Part shown: one piece after another, positions 26,824 through 35,565 of the stretch | Numbering within the stretch: the stretch's first letter is position 1 | How the letters are laid out: every line of letters starts with the position of its first letter | NCBI GenBank assembly: GCA_030533005.1 | Contig: JAUNJX010000002.1 | Coordinates: forward strand, 6,429-70,428 | Direction of reading: 5' to 3' | From: Clostridia bacterium | GTDB taxonomy: Bacteria; Bacillota; Clostridia; Christensenellales; CAG-138 | DNA length: 64,000 nucleotides | Program-made: the position numbers and the translations under genes | Notes under the pieces: model-generated | What the model was told of the DNA's origin: nothing | Seen by the model: the letters and a program-made list of their open reading frames with translations, nothing else | Databases searched by the model: none

Positions 26824-27981
26824 ATGCACTTGTTTTTATATGGCGAAAGCGGTGCGGGCAAGAGCTACTCCATCCGCCGCGCGCTGGAATCGTTGGGCAT
26901 CCGTCCCAAGGGCTTTGAAACATGCAAGGACGGGAAGGGCAAGCTGGAGCTGCATTACGGGAAGGAAACCGCCGTTGTGGCCGAGGGCGAATGCGGCTGC
27001 ATGCGCGGCTTTCCCGCGGCGTTTGACAGCGCGGGCGTCGCGGCGCTGGCGGATGTGCAGGCGGGGGACGTGGTGCTCATGGACGAGCTGGGCTGCCTGG
27101 AAGCGGACGCGCACGCGTTTCAGCAGGCGGTGCTTGCAACGCTTAAAAAGCCCTGCCGCGCCATCGGCGTGATCAAGGACATGGATACGCCCTTTATGCA
27201 CGCCATACGCGATACGCGCGGGGTGCGCGCCATGCCCATCTGCGAGCATACGCGCGCGGACATGTATCGCATTGTCCGGGATTACATGCGCCCGCGAAGC
27301 TTGTGCGAAGCGCTGGGGGTGGGCATCGGCATGACCGCCGTGATCGGCGGCGGCGGCAAGACCTCCTTGTGCCTTGCGCTCTCAAGGGAGCTTGAAAAAG
27401 AGGATAAGGTGATCTATACCACCACCACGCATATCGCGTTGCCCGAAAACATGCCGCACGCGCAAAGCGAGGTGGAATTGATCCCGCTTATGCAAAAGGA
27501 AAACGCCGTATGCGTCTGCCTGCCTGTGGAGGGCGACGTGCCGCGCTTTGGCGCGCCCGAAGCGTCCATGCACGCGCTGCTGACACACTGCGACTGCCTG
27601 CTGATCGAGGCGGACGGCTCCAAGGGTCTGCCGCTCAAGGCGCACGCCGCCCATGAGCCCGTCATTCCCGAGGGGGCGCGGACGATTGGTGTTATAGGCG
27701 CGGACGCGTTTGGCAAACCTATTCAAGAGGTTGCGCACCGCCCAGAGCTGTTTGCGGCCGCGATGGGCGCGCGCAAAACGGATATCGTCACGCCGCGCAT
27801 GGCGGCAAGGGCTGCAAGCCGTGCGGAGACGGTGTTCATCAACAAGGTGGAAACGGCGGAAGCCTTGGAGGCGGGACGTGCCTTCGCCGCGTGCAGGCCG
27901 CAAAAGCGCACGGTGCTGGGGTCGCTTAAAAGCGAGCATCCTGTGATCGAGATATGGGAGGGCGATTTATGCGTGTGGTGA
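26824..27981 (+). CDS. fusion protein: THEP1-like NTPase domain + YqeC-like selenium-dependent hydroxylase accessory domain
   Basis: ATG 26824, 1 nt after the parB stop. N-terminal P-loop LYGESGAGKS and VVLMDELGCLE. The C-terminal half VIGGGGKTSLCLALSREL...YTTTTHI resembles YqeC. Confidence 0.68.
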   Translation: MHLFLYGESGAGKSYSIRRALESLGIRPKGFETCKDGKGKLELHYGKETAVVAEGECGCMRGFPAAFDSAGVAALADVQAGDVVLMDELGCLEADAHAFQQAVLATLKKPCRAIGVIKDMDTPFMHAIRDTRGVRAMPICEHTRADMYRIVRDYMRPRSLCEALGVGIGMTAVIGGGGKTSLCLALSRELEKEDKVIYTTTTHIALPENMPHAQSEVELIPLMQKENAVCVCLPVEGDVPRFGAPEASMHALLTHCDCLLIEADGSKGLPLKAHAAHEPVIPEGARTIGVIGADAFGKPIQEVAHRPELFAAAMGARKTDIVTPRMAARAASRAETVFINKVETAEALEAGRAFAACRPQKRTVLGSLKSEHPVIEIWEGDLCVW

Positions 27982-28757
27982 TACGGGGCGCGGGTGATTT
28001 GGCGACAGGCATCGCGCTAAGGCTCCGGCGCGCCAATATGGAGGTTGTGATGCTGGAAACGGCGCAGCCTACGGCCATCCGCCGCACCGTCGCCATGAGC
28101 GAGGCCGTGCGCAAGGGCGAAATGCGCGTAGAGGATCTGCGCGGCGTGTTCTGCGCCGACGCGGACGCTGTGAAGCGCGCCATCGCCTCCCGGGATATCG
28201 CCGTGTGCGTCGATCCCGAATGCGCGAACCTCGCAGAATACAAAACAGACGTTCTGGTTGACGCCATCATCGCCAAGCGCAATTTCGGCACGAAAAAGAG
28301 CATGGCGCCCTGCGTGATCGCGCTGGGTCCCGGCTTTGCGGCGGGTATCGACTGCCATGCGGTGGTGGAGACCATGCGGGGTCACGATCTGGGTCGCGTG
28401 TTCTATATGGAGGGCGCGCGCGCGAAGGCGGACACCAAGGTGCCTGGCGAGGTGGGCGGCTTCACGCACGAGCGGGTGATGCATACGCCTTGCGCGGGCG
28501 TGTATGAGCCGGTACGCGAGATCGCGGACGTGGTGAAGGCGGGGGAGGCCGTGGCCTATGTCGAAGGGCAGCCCGTGCTCGCTAAGATCGACGGCATGCT
28601 TCGCGGACAGCTGCCCGCGGGCTTAGTCACGCGCGAGCATATGAAATGCGCCGACGTAGACCCCCGGTGCGAACGCATCCATTGCTTCACGGTATCGGAT
28701 AAGGCGCGCTGTTTAGGCGGCGCGGTGCTCGAGGCGATATTACACCTATGTAATTAG
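27969..28757 (+). CDS. yqeB: selenium-dependent molybdenum cofactor biosynthesis protein YqeB-like
   Basis: MRVVIRGAGDLATGIALRL...AIRRTVAMSEAV...VIALGPGF is typical of the YqeB/EF2563 family (assignment from memory); overlaps the upstream gene. Confidence 0.72.
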   Translation: MRVVIRGAGDLATGIALRLRRANMEVVMLETAQPTAIRRTVAMSEAVRKGEMRVEDLRGVFCADADAVKRAIASRDIAVCVDPECANLAEYKTDVLVDAIIAKRNFGTKKSMAPCVIALGPGFAAGIDCHAVVETMRGHDLGRVFYMEGARAKADTKVPGEVGGFTHERVMHTPCAGVYEPVREIADVVKAGEAVAYVEGQPVLAKIDGMLRGQLPAGLVTREHMKCADVDPRCERIHCFTVSDKARCLGGAVLEAILHLCN

Positions 28758-28910
28758 TAATGAGTAATGAGCAATTAGTAATTATGGGCTTGCACAGCAT
28801 ATGACAAGCTCCGGCATAAATGACAAACAAGAAAGCAAAGCGCGGCGCAAACCTACTCGTTTACGCCGCGCTTTGTTTTTATCTTATCCAACCTTTAATT
28901 ACTCATTATT
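28752..28910. mobile_element. MITE-like element, copy A (TIR AATGAGTAA / TTACTCATT)
   Basis: Left end AGTAATGAGTAATGAG (28756-28771) and right end TTACTCATT (28899-28907). Internal hairpin AAAGCGCGGCGCAAAC-CTACTC-GTTTACGCCGCGCTTT (28837-28874). The right ~75 bp are visibly conserved (most positions identical on hand alignment) with 55528-55605. Confidence 0.7.
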
Positions 28911-30266
28911 TGTCGCCAATGCGATCATTGCGTCCGCGATCATCTTGGTATGGTACACAAGGTCGTCCACGCTCATGAATTCGTCCGCCATGTGGATGCG
29001 GTTGTCGCCGCCGGGAATCTCGGGGCCAAACGCCACCGCGTTGCCGATGCAGCGGGCGTAGGTGCCGCCGCCGATGCGCTTGGGCGGGAGGTATTGGCCG
29101 CTGCGCGCTTCGTACACGGCAAGGAGCTTTTGTACAAGCTCGCTGTCCTCGGGCACGAAATGGCCGGCCTTAAACATGGTGTCGCTGCGCGCGCCGGCGA
29201 TGGCCGCGTCGAGCTTTGCAAGCAGCAGGTCGTTATCCATGGTGATGGGATAGCGGATGTCGATGCAAATGGTATAGCCCTCGCTATCCCATTGCATGAG
29301 GCCGGGGTTGCAGGTCAGGCGGCCGGATTCGTCCGTGCAGTCGATGCCGATGGTCTCGCCGTGGCGGTCAAACCTGAAGGTGTTGTGCAAAGCCTGCACC
29401 GCAGCCGCGTCCGCGTCCCCAAGCGGCAGGGTGGAAAGAAGGGCGAGCATGCCCAGCAGCGCGTTCTGCCCGTCCTCGGGCATGGAGGCGTGCGCGCCCA
29501 CGCCCGCAAGGGAGATGGAAGTGCCGCCCTGCGTGGAATCCAGCGTGCAGGGGAAGCCTTCCTTGGCGGAAAACGCGTCCGCGAGCGGGATGACGTCCGC
29601 AAGCGGGATGGGGACGAACGCCGTGGCCTTATCCGGGACAGCATTGACCACTGTGCCCGCGTTCAGGCGTATGGCGGAGGGGAATTTCTTGGTGTAGGAG
29701 CAGTGGAAGATGCCCTTTTCACTGTTCACCAGAGGATAATCCGCGTCCGGCGAGAAGGCGAGATCGGGCAGCGGCCGGTTTTCGATATAATACTTCATGC
29801 AGCCCATGCCGCATTCCTCGTCGCAGCCCATCATCAGGCGCACCTTGCGCGTGAAGGGGAGGCCACAGGATTTGATGGCGGCAAGCGCAAAGATGGCGGC
29901 GATGGCGGGGCCTTTGTCGTCGAGCGTCCCGCGCCCGTAGATGCGGCCGTCCGCGATGCTCGCGCCATAGGGATCGTGCGTCCAGCCGTCGCCCGCGGGC
30001 ACTACGTCCAGATGCGTTAAGACGCCCAGCGTTTCAGCGCCCTCGCCGCAGTCCGCATAGCCCATGTAGCCGTCCAGATCGCATACGTCAAAGCCAAAGC
30101 CTTCGCAAAGGGACAGCGCATAGTCCAGCGCCTCGCGCACGGGCTTGCCGAAAGGCGCGTCGGGTGCTGCGGCACCCGATACGCTGGGGAAACGAATGAT
30201 GTCCTGCAGCGCGCATACCAGCGTATCCTTGTGCGCGTCGATCCATTGGTCAACCTGCTTGTTCAT
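28899..30266 (-). CDS. pepV: M20-family dipeptidase (PepV-like)
   Basis: ATG 30266 after GGAAAGGAG. Motifs THLDVVPAG, GRGTLDDKGP, MMGCDEECG. Confidence 0.85.
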   Translation of the reverse strand: MNKQVDQWIDAHKDTLVCALQDIIRFPSVSGAAAPDAPFGKPVREALDYALSLCEGFGFDVCDLDGYMGYADCGEGAETLGVLTHLDVVPAGDGWTHDPYGASIADGRIYGRGTLDDKGPAIAAIFALAAIKSCGLPFTRKVRLMMGCDEECGMGCMKYYIENRPLPDLAFSPDADYPLVNSEKGIFHCSYTKKFPSAIRLNAGTVVNAVPDKATAFVPIPLADVIPLADAFSAKEGFPCTLDSTQGGTSISLAGVGAHASMPEDGQNALLGMLALLSTLPLGDADAAAVQALHNTFRFDRHGETIGIDCTDESGRLTCNPGLMQWDSEGYTICIDIRYPITMDNDLLLAKLDAAIAGARSDTMFKAGHFVPEDSELVQKLLAVYEARSGQYLPPKRIGGGTYARCIGNAVAFGPEIPGGDNRIHMADEFMSVDDLVYHTKMIADAMIALATNNE

Positions 30267-30306
30267 GAAAACAGTCTCCTTTCCAATCACCGAATATCAG
30301 CGAATA

Positions 30307-31173
30307 TCAGCTGAAATTGCTAAATCCCCGCCCCACGATCTCCTTGGTTTCGATGATGGAGAACATGGCGTTGGGATCCTCATGCTTGACGATGGCCTTA
30401 AGCCGGGCGATTTCGGAGGTGCGCACCATGCAAAGCACCACCTCCTTGAATTCGTGGGTATAGCCGCCCTCCCCGTGCAGATACGTTAAGCCCGCGCCCA
30501 TATCATGCAGCACATGGGGGGCGATGGCCTTCCATTTTTCCGAAAAGATCAGCACCGTGTTGGTGCGGTTGAACCCGCGCAGCCCGTAGTTAAAGACGGC
30601 GTTGCTCACAAAGCTGCCGAGGATGGATAATAGCGCCAGCTCCAGCCCGCGCGTAAAGCCCAGCATGGACATGATCACGAGGTTGAACAGCAGCGAGAAG
30701 GTGCCCATGGGGATGGAAAAGCGGCGCGCAAGAATGAGCGCGATGATATCCGTGCCGCCCAGCGTCGCATCCCGGTTGATGACGAACACCGCCGCGGCGC
30801 CTAAGATGCAGGAGCCGGCGGCGACGGAGAGCAGGGAATTGGAGACGCCGAAATCCAGCCCCTCCGTCAGCGAAAAGCAGACGGAGAAGATAAAGGGCGC
30901 AAAGGCGGAAAACAGCACCGTCTTGGGGCGCAGGAACTTAAGGCCTATGAGCACCGTGGGGATGTTCAGGGCGGCGATCACAGCCCATGTGGGAAAGCCG
31001 AACAGATAATGAACCAGCATCGCCACACCCGTATAGCCGCCGGAGAGCACCATATGCGGCACATAAAAGCCGTTGATGGCGGCAGCCTGTATGAAGCAGA
31101 CCGCTGCAATGATCAACAGCGTAACGGAATCCTTTTTCCAATCGATGGGTTCCTTGATGATCGGTAACGTCAC
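30307..31173 (-). CDS. YitT-family membrane protein (DUF2179 C-terminal domain)
   Basis: GTG start 7 nt after GAAAGGAGGT. Multi-TM N-terminal part and a soluble C-terminal domain ending SIIETKEIVGRGF. Confidence 0.82.
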   Translation of the reverse strand: MTLPIIKEPIDWKKDSVTLLIIAAVCFIQAAAINGFYVPHMVLSGGYTGVAMLVHYLFGFPTWAVIAALNIPTVLIGLKFLRPKTVLFSAFAPFIFSVCFSLTEGLDFGVSNSLLSVAAGSCILGAAAVFVINRDATLGGTDIIALILARRFSIPMGTFSLLFNLVIMSMLGFTRGLELALLSILGSFVSNAVFNYGLRGFNRTNTVLIFSEKWKAIAPHVLHDMGAGLTYLHGEGGYTHEFKEVVLCMVRTSEIARLKAIVKHEDPNAMFSIIETKEIVGRGFSNFS

Positions 31174-31390
31174 GACGCATACCTCCTTTCACGGCCGTGC
31201 CTCTTTCAAGGCGCGTATCCGCCAGTATACCATGCGCAAGCAAAAAGTCAATTGGCGGAATGTGAAGTTTCTGTGCGGATACATTGCATAACGCACAGCT
31301 TTATACTATTATACAGGAATGACGGCGCAAGCACAACCGCGATCCGTACGCGGCGGTGCGCAAAAGGCGCCTAAAAACGGAGGACGGGTT

Positions 31391-32173
31391 ATGAGCATTT
31401 GGATCGCGGTGCTGCTGGGATTGGTGCAGGGCTTATGCGAATTTTTGCCGGTGTCCAGCTCCGGGCACCTTGTATTGCTGCAAACCATATGCGGCGTGGA
31501 GGGGGACGTGCTGCTTTTTGATACGCTGCTGCATGTGGGGACGCTCATTGCGGTATGCGCTGTATTCTATAAGGAGCTTTGGGAGATGCTCAAAAAGCCC
31601 TTCCAGAAAAAGGTGTACCTGCTGCTCGTGGCGACCGTTGTGACCTCTGCGATCGCGCTTCTTTTTGAGGAGCAGATCGAGGCGCTCTTTGCGGGTCAGC
31701 TTCTGGGGGTAGGCTTTTTGCTGACGGCGCTTATCCTGATGGTGAGCGAAAAAATGACGGACGGCAAAAGAAGCATCACGGATATGAACTACGCGCAGGC
31801 GGCGGGCGTGGGGCTTGTGCAGGCCGTGGCGATACTGCCGGGCGTGAGCCGCAGCGGCAGCACCATCGCGGGCAGCCGCTTTTTCGGGCTGAATAAGGGG
31901 GCGGCGGCGGAGTTTTCCTTTATATTGTCCATCCCCGCGATACTGGGCTCCTGCGTGCTGCAGGCCAAGGATCTTTTGACGGAGGGCACGGGCGGCATAG
32001 GTGTTTTGCCAGTGCTCGTGGGCATGACGATCGCCGCGATATCCGGCTATTTCGCCATCCGCTGGATGCTCAAGCTCATCAAGGAAAAGAGCCTGATCGG
32101 CTTTGCGGTGTATGTGGGCATACTGGGTGTACTCGTATTACTCGATCAGTATGTGACGCACATATTCTTCTAG
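31391..32173 (+). CDS. uppP: undecaprenyl-diphosphate phosphatase
   Basis: ATG 31391 after GGAGGA. Motifs GLCEFLPVSSSGHL and PGVSRSGSTI. Confidence 0.9.
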   Translation: MSIWIAVLLGLVQGLCEFLPVSSSGHLVLLQTICGVEGDVLLFDTLLHVGTLIAVCAVFYKELWEMLKKPFQKKVYLLLVATVVTSAIALLFEEQIEALFAGQLLGVGFLLTALILMVSEKMTDGKRSITDMNYAQAAGVGLVQAVAILPGVSRSGSTIAGSRFFGLNKGAAAEFSFILSIPAILGSCVLQAKDLLTEGTGGIGVLPVLVGMTIAAISGYFAIRWMLKLIKEKSLIGFAVYVGILGVLVLLDQYVTHIFF

Positions 32174-32176
32174 GTG

Positions 32177-32205
32177 TTGCCCCAGAGGGGAAGTTACGGT
32201 ATAAT
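32177..32205 (+). promoter_or_regulatory. candidate promoter of the CNNM operon
   Basis: TTGCCC (32177-32182), 17-nt spacer, TATAAT (32200-32205). This would give a ~220-nt 5' UTR made of repeat R7. Confidence 0.45.
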
Positions 32206-32214
32206 ACAAAAATA

Positions 32215-32410
32215 CACGGACGGCTAAAGAACCCATGGGGGTTCGGGGGCCGCAGCCCACGGAGGCTTGATTCGTGAGCGGCGACATGTGCGCCGCGAGC
32301 GAAAGCCCTTGCTTGCCAAGGGTTTCTCTGCACGGGATGCTGGCCGCGCCGCAGGCGCAAGCAGCCCGTGAAAACTCGAAAAACGTGGCGAAGCCACTTT
32401 TTCGAAACTT
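32215..32410. repeat. mosaic hairpin-array repeat, copy R7
   Basis: GGGGTTCGGGGGCCGCAGCCC, AGCCCTTGCTTGCCAAGGGTT, CACGGG...CCCGTG, CTCGAAAAACGTGGCGAAGCCACTTTTTCGAAA. About 130 nt are homologous in inverted orientation to 48235-48375. Confidence 0.85.
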
Positions 32411-32429
32411 GTGAGGTGATCCTTCCTTT

Positions 32430-33443
32430 ATGGACGACGGGAGTCCTATACGATTGTTAGGCTATATCCTGCTGCTGCTGCTCGGCGCCGCTTATTTTGC
32501 GTCCGCGGAGATGGCGCTTTCCAGCACCAACCGTATCCGCATGATGAACTATGCGGACGACGGGGACAAAAAAGCGGTCAAGGTGCTCTATATTCTCGAT
32601 CATTTCGATCGCGCGCTCACGACGCTGCTCATTTGCAACAACATCATGCACATAGGCTGCGCGACCCTTGCGACCGTCCTTGCAACAAGGCTGTGGGGCA
32701 CGGGCGCGGTCACGGCAAGCACCATCGTTACCACGGTGGTGGTATTCCTGCTTGCCGAAATGCTGCCCAAAAGCTTTGCCAAAGCCTGCAACGAGCAATG
32801 GTCGCTCAAGGTAAGCGGGAGCATGCTCTTTTTTATGAAGGTGATGCGCCCCTTTACCTTCTTCTTTACGCGCTTAAGCGATCTCTTGAGCAAGGTTCTC
32901 AAGGGCAGCGGTGCCGACGAGCCCACCGTCACCGAAACGGAGCTGTACGATATCATTGAGACCATCGTGGAGGAGGGCGAGCTTGATCAGGACGAGGGCG
33001 AGCTTGTGCAAAACGCGCTGGAGTTTGCGGGCACCAATGCGGGCAGCATCTATACGCCGCTTCGCAAGGTCGTCCGCGTCAACATCTCCATGGACAGCGA
33101 GACCATACTCGATATCATCAAGACCTGCGGCTTTTCCCGCCTGCCCGTGACGGGCAAGGAGGGCGCGGTGCTGGGCGTTTTGCCCATCCGCAGCTATCTC
33201 AAGGCGTATTTGCAGGATAAGGATATCACGCTTTCCGAGGTCATGGCGGACGCGTATTTTGTGAGCGACGCCACGCCCATCGACGAATTGATGAAGGCCA
33301 TGAACCAATCCAAGACGCATATGGTGCTGGTGCTGGACAGCGAGGGTGAAACGCTGGGCATCATCACCATGGAGGATATTTTGGAGGAGCTTGTCGGGGA
33401 AATTTACGACGAGCAGGATACGGAAGGGGGTATCGCCTCATGA
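32430..33443 (+). CDS. CNNM/HlyC-CorC-family transporter (DUF21 + CBS pair)
   Basis: DUF21 N-terminus YFASAEMALSSTNRIRM... and CBS-pair region; no obvious CorC_HlyC C-terminal domain. Confidence 0.82.
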   Translation: MDDGSPIRLLGYILLLLLGAAYFASAEMALSSTNRIRMMNYADDGDKKAVKVLYILDHFDRALTTLLICNNIMHIGCATLATVLATRLWGTGAVTASTIVTTVVVFLLAEMLPKSFAKACNEQWSLKVSGSMLFFMKVMRPFTFFFTRLSDLLSKVLKGSGADEPTVTETELYDIIETIVEEGELDQDEGELVQNALEFAGTNAGSIYTPLRKVVRVNISMDSETILDIIKTCGFSRLPVTGKEGAVLGVLPIRSYLKAYLQDKDITLSEVMADAYFVSDATPIDELMKAMNQSKTHMVLVLDSEGETLGIITMEDILEELVGEIYDEQDTEGGIAS

Positions 33444-34717
33444 GCGTGTATCCCTATATAGGCATCGTGCTGCTGATGTGCTGCTCCGCGTATTTTTCGG
33501 GGGCGGAGATCGCGTTCGCTTCCGCCAACCGCCTGCGCCTGCGCGCCAAGGCGGACGACCCGGACGCGAAGCTGTCCGACCGCCTTGCGCTCTACATTTA
33601 CGATAAGTTCGACGAGGCGCTCACGACCATCTTGATCGGCAACAATCTGGTCAACATCGCTTCCTCCTCCGTGGCGACGGTGATCGCCATTACACTCTTG
33701 GGCGAGGGCTACGCGTGGGTCGCCACCATCGTGATGACCATCGTTATCATTACCTTTGGCGAGATCATTCCCAAGATCGTCGCAAACGCGAAGCCGGATA
33801 AATTCGCGCGCCTTGTCGCCGTTCCCCTTCGCGCGCTCATGTGGATACTGACGCCTATCCTTCGCGTGGTGGGCAGCTTTACGCTGCGCATGTCCCGCTT
33901 CTGGGAGGAGCAAAAGACGGACGAGGCCGTGACGACGGAGGATCTGGAAACGCTGCTGGAAACGGCGGAGGACGAGGGCGTGATCGAGGAGGAGCGCGTC
34001 GATCTTTTGCAAAACGCGCTGGATTTTAACGACGTATTGGCCTATGAGATCCTCACGCCGCGCGTGGATATGTTCACCGTGGATATCGACGACGATTTTG
34101 AGGAGATCATGGCGAAGCTTAACGCCGAGGATTATTCCCGCGTGCCCGTCTATGAGGACACGGTGGATAATATCATTGGCGTGCTGCATATGAATCAGGT
34201 CTATAAGAGCATGGTGGAGGAGGATATACTGGATAATTCCCTGCTGCGCGAGTTGCTCTTGCCGCCCTGCTTCGTGCACAAGACCATGCCGCTTAACGAC
34301 GTCCTTGCCACGATGCGCGCAAAAAAATCCCACATGGTCATCGTTACCGACGAATACGGCGGCACCATGGGGTGCTTGACCATGGAGGATCTTCTTGAGG
34401 AGATTGTGGGCGATATCTGGGACGAAACGGACGAGGTGGAGGTCGAATTCAAAAAGGTGGGGCGCGATCTTTACGAGGCGTCGGGCAGCATGCGCACCGA
34501 GGATCTCTTTGACGAGCTGGAGCTTGACACCAAGGACTTTGACGACGATAACGCGACGCTGGGCGGCTGGGTGATCGCCATGATGGGCGGATATCCCAAG
34601 GTGGGCGCGAGCTTTGACTATCGCAACCTGACCGTCACCGTCAAGGAACGCCACAAGATGCGCGTCACGCGCCTTGCCGTGCAGGTGCGCCCGCAGCAGG
34701 AGACGGAGGAGGAATAA
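33440..34717 (+). CDS. CNNM/HlyC-CorC-family transporter (DUF21 + CBS pair + CorC_HlyC)
   Basis: YFSGAEIAFASANRLRL, CBS region, C-terminal TLGGWVIAMMGGYPKVGASFDY...; 4-nt overlap with the upstream paralog. Confidence 0.85.
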   Translation: MSVYPYIGIVLLMCCSAYFSGAEIAFASANRLRLRAKADDPDAKLSDRLALYIYDKFDEALTTILIGNNLVNIASSSVATVIAITLLGEGYAWVATIVMTIVIITFGEIIPKIVANAKPDKFARLVAVPLRALMWILTPILRVVGSFTLRMSRFWEEQKTDEAVTTEDLETLLETAEDEGVIEEERVDLLQNALDFNDVLAYEILTPRVDMFTVDIDDDFEEIMAKLNAEDYSRVPVYEDTVDNIIGVLHMNQVYKSMVEEDILDNSLLRELLLPPCFVHKTMPLNDVLATMRAKKSHMVIVTDEYGGTMGCLTMEDLLEEIVGDIWDETDEVEVEFKKVGRDLYEASGSMRTEDLFDELELDTKDFDDDNATLGGWVIAMMGGYPKVGASFDYRNLTVTVKERHKMRVTRLAVQVRPQQETEEE

Positions 34718-34980
34718 TGCGCAGCTACGCCTTTTTCCGCCATACCGCCTGCGAATATTTTCCCTGCCACCAGACGGACGACCCAGAAAGCTTCAATTGC
34801 CTGTTTTGCTATTGCCCCCTTTATGCCTTGGGGGAGGCGTGCGGCGGCGATTTTGCCTACACAAAAAGCGGCGTAAAGGATTGCAGCGCCTGCGCGTTTC
34901 CCCATAAGCGGGAAAATTACGATGCCGTCGTCGCCCGCTGCGGCGAGCTTGCAAGGCTGGCGGGAAAAAAGGAAAAGTAA
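34717..34980 (+). CDS. cysteine-rich small domain protein
   Basis: 87 aa with CEYFPCH...FNCLFCYCPLY...DCSACAFPH, typical of the Cys-rich small domain family. Confidence 0.7.
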   Translation: MRSYAFFRHTACEYFPCHQTDDPESFNCLFCYCPLYALGEACGGDFAYTKSGVKDCSACAFPHKRENYDAVVARCGELARLAGKKEK

Positions 34981-35021
34981 AAAAACAAGAGCTTGCCCAA
35001 ACCGGGCAGGCTCTTGTTTGA
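34977..35021. terminator. bidirectional terminator between convergent genes
   Basis: A7 run, stem AACAAGAGCTTGCCC / CGGGCAGGCTCTTGTT, then TTTG. It reads as hairpin + T7 on the minus strand. Confidence 0.6.
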
Positions 35022-35032
35022 TAGGCGAAGCC

Positions 35033-35293
35033 CTATTTCTTTCGTTTTCCTTTTCTGCCAAAGATCAGCCCCACAAGGAAGATGAGCAGGCACGCGCCCG
35101 CCACGTCGATCAAAAGCGAGCCGATGGTGCCGGATACGCTGATGCCGGCCAAGCCCGCGAGATAGCTGCCCAACGCGCTTCCGATGACGCCCACGATGAT
35201 GTTGCGCAGCAGCCCGCCGTCCGATTGCATGATGATGCTCGCCAGCCATCCGATCACCGCGCCGATCACAAGGGAGATCAAAAGAGAAATCAT
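35033..35293 (-). CDS. GlsB/YeaQ/YmgE-family stress-response membrane protein
   Basis: ATG 35293 after GAAAGGAG. Product MISLLISLVIGAVIGWLASIIM...NIIVGVIGSALGSYL. Confidence 0.8.
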   Translation of the reverse strand: MISLLISLVIGAVIGWLASIIMQSDGGLLRNIIVGVIGSALGSYLAGLAGISVSGTIGSLLIDVAGACLLIFLVGLIFGRKGKRKK

Positions 35294-35347
35294 AAAAACT
35301 CCTTTCAAAAGGGCCATGCGCCCTTCCTGCAAAATATTGACAGCCCC

Positions 35348-35376
35348 ATAATAGAATATGGGGCTGCATTTGTCAA
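35348..35376 (-). promoter_or_regulatory. candidate promoter of the GlsB-family gene
   Basis: Minus strand TTGACA (complement of 35371-35376), 17-nt spacer, TATTAT (complement of 35348-35353). Confidence 0.45.
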
Positions 35377-35384
35377 TTCAGCGT

Positions 35385-35560
35385 TGGAGCCGCGCCCCGG
35401 AGGTTATATTCCGGCTCCGCCGGGTTTGCCGGCGGAACGGGGAGAGCCAAGGGCTCGAGCCCTATCGCATTTTGACGGACATGCCCGAAGGGCATAGTCA
35501 AAATGCGGAAACCTCAAAAGGCGTCAGCGTTTTGCCTCTCGCGCCGCAAGCAGGCATTGG
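35385..35560. repeat. mosaic hairpin-array repeat, copy R8
   Basis: TTCCGGCTCCGCCGGGTTTGCCGGCGGAACGG (inverted homolog at 44470-44505), CGCATTTTGAC...GTCAAAATGCG, TTTGCCTCTCGC module. Confidence 0.75.
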
Positions 35561-35565
35561 CCGGG

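Noticed and set aside
25104-26861. 585-aa minus-strand ORF opposite parA and parB
   Set aside because: It is an antisense shadow. The plus strand encodes canonical Soj and Spo0J with Walker A and ParB-box motifs.
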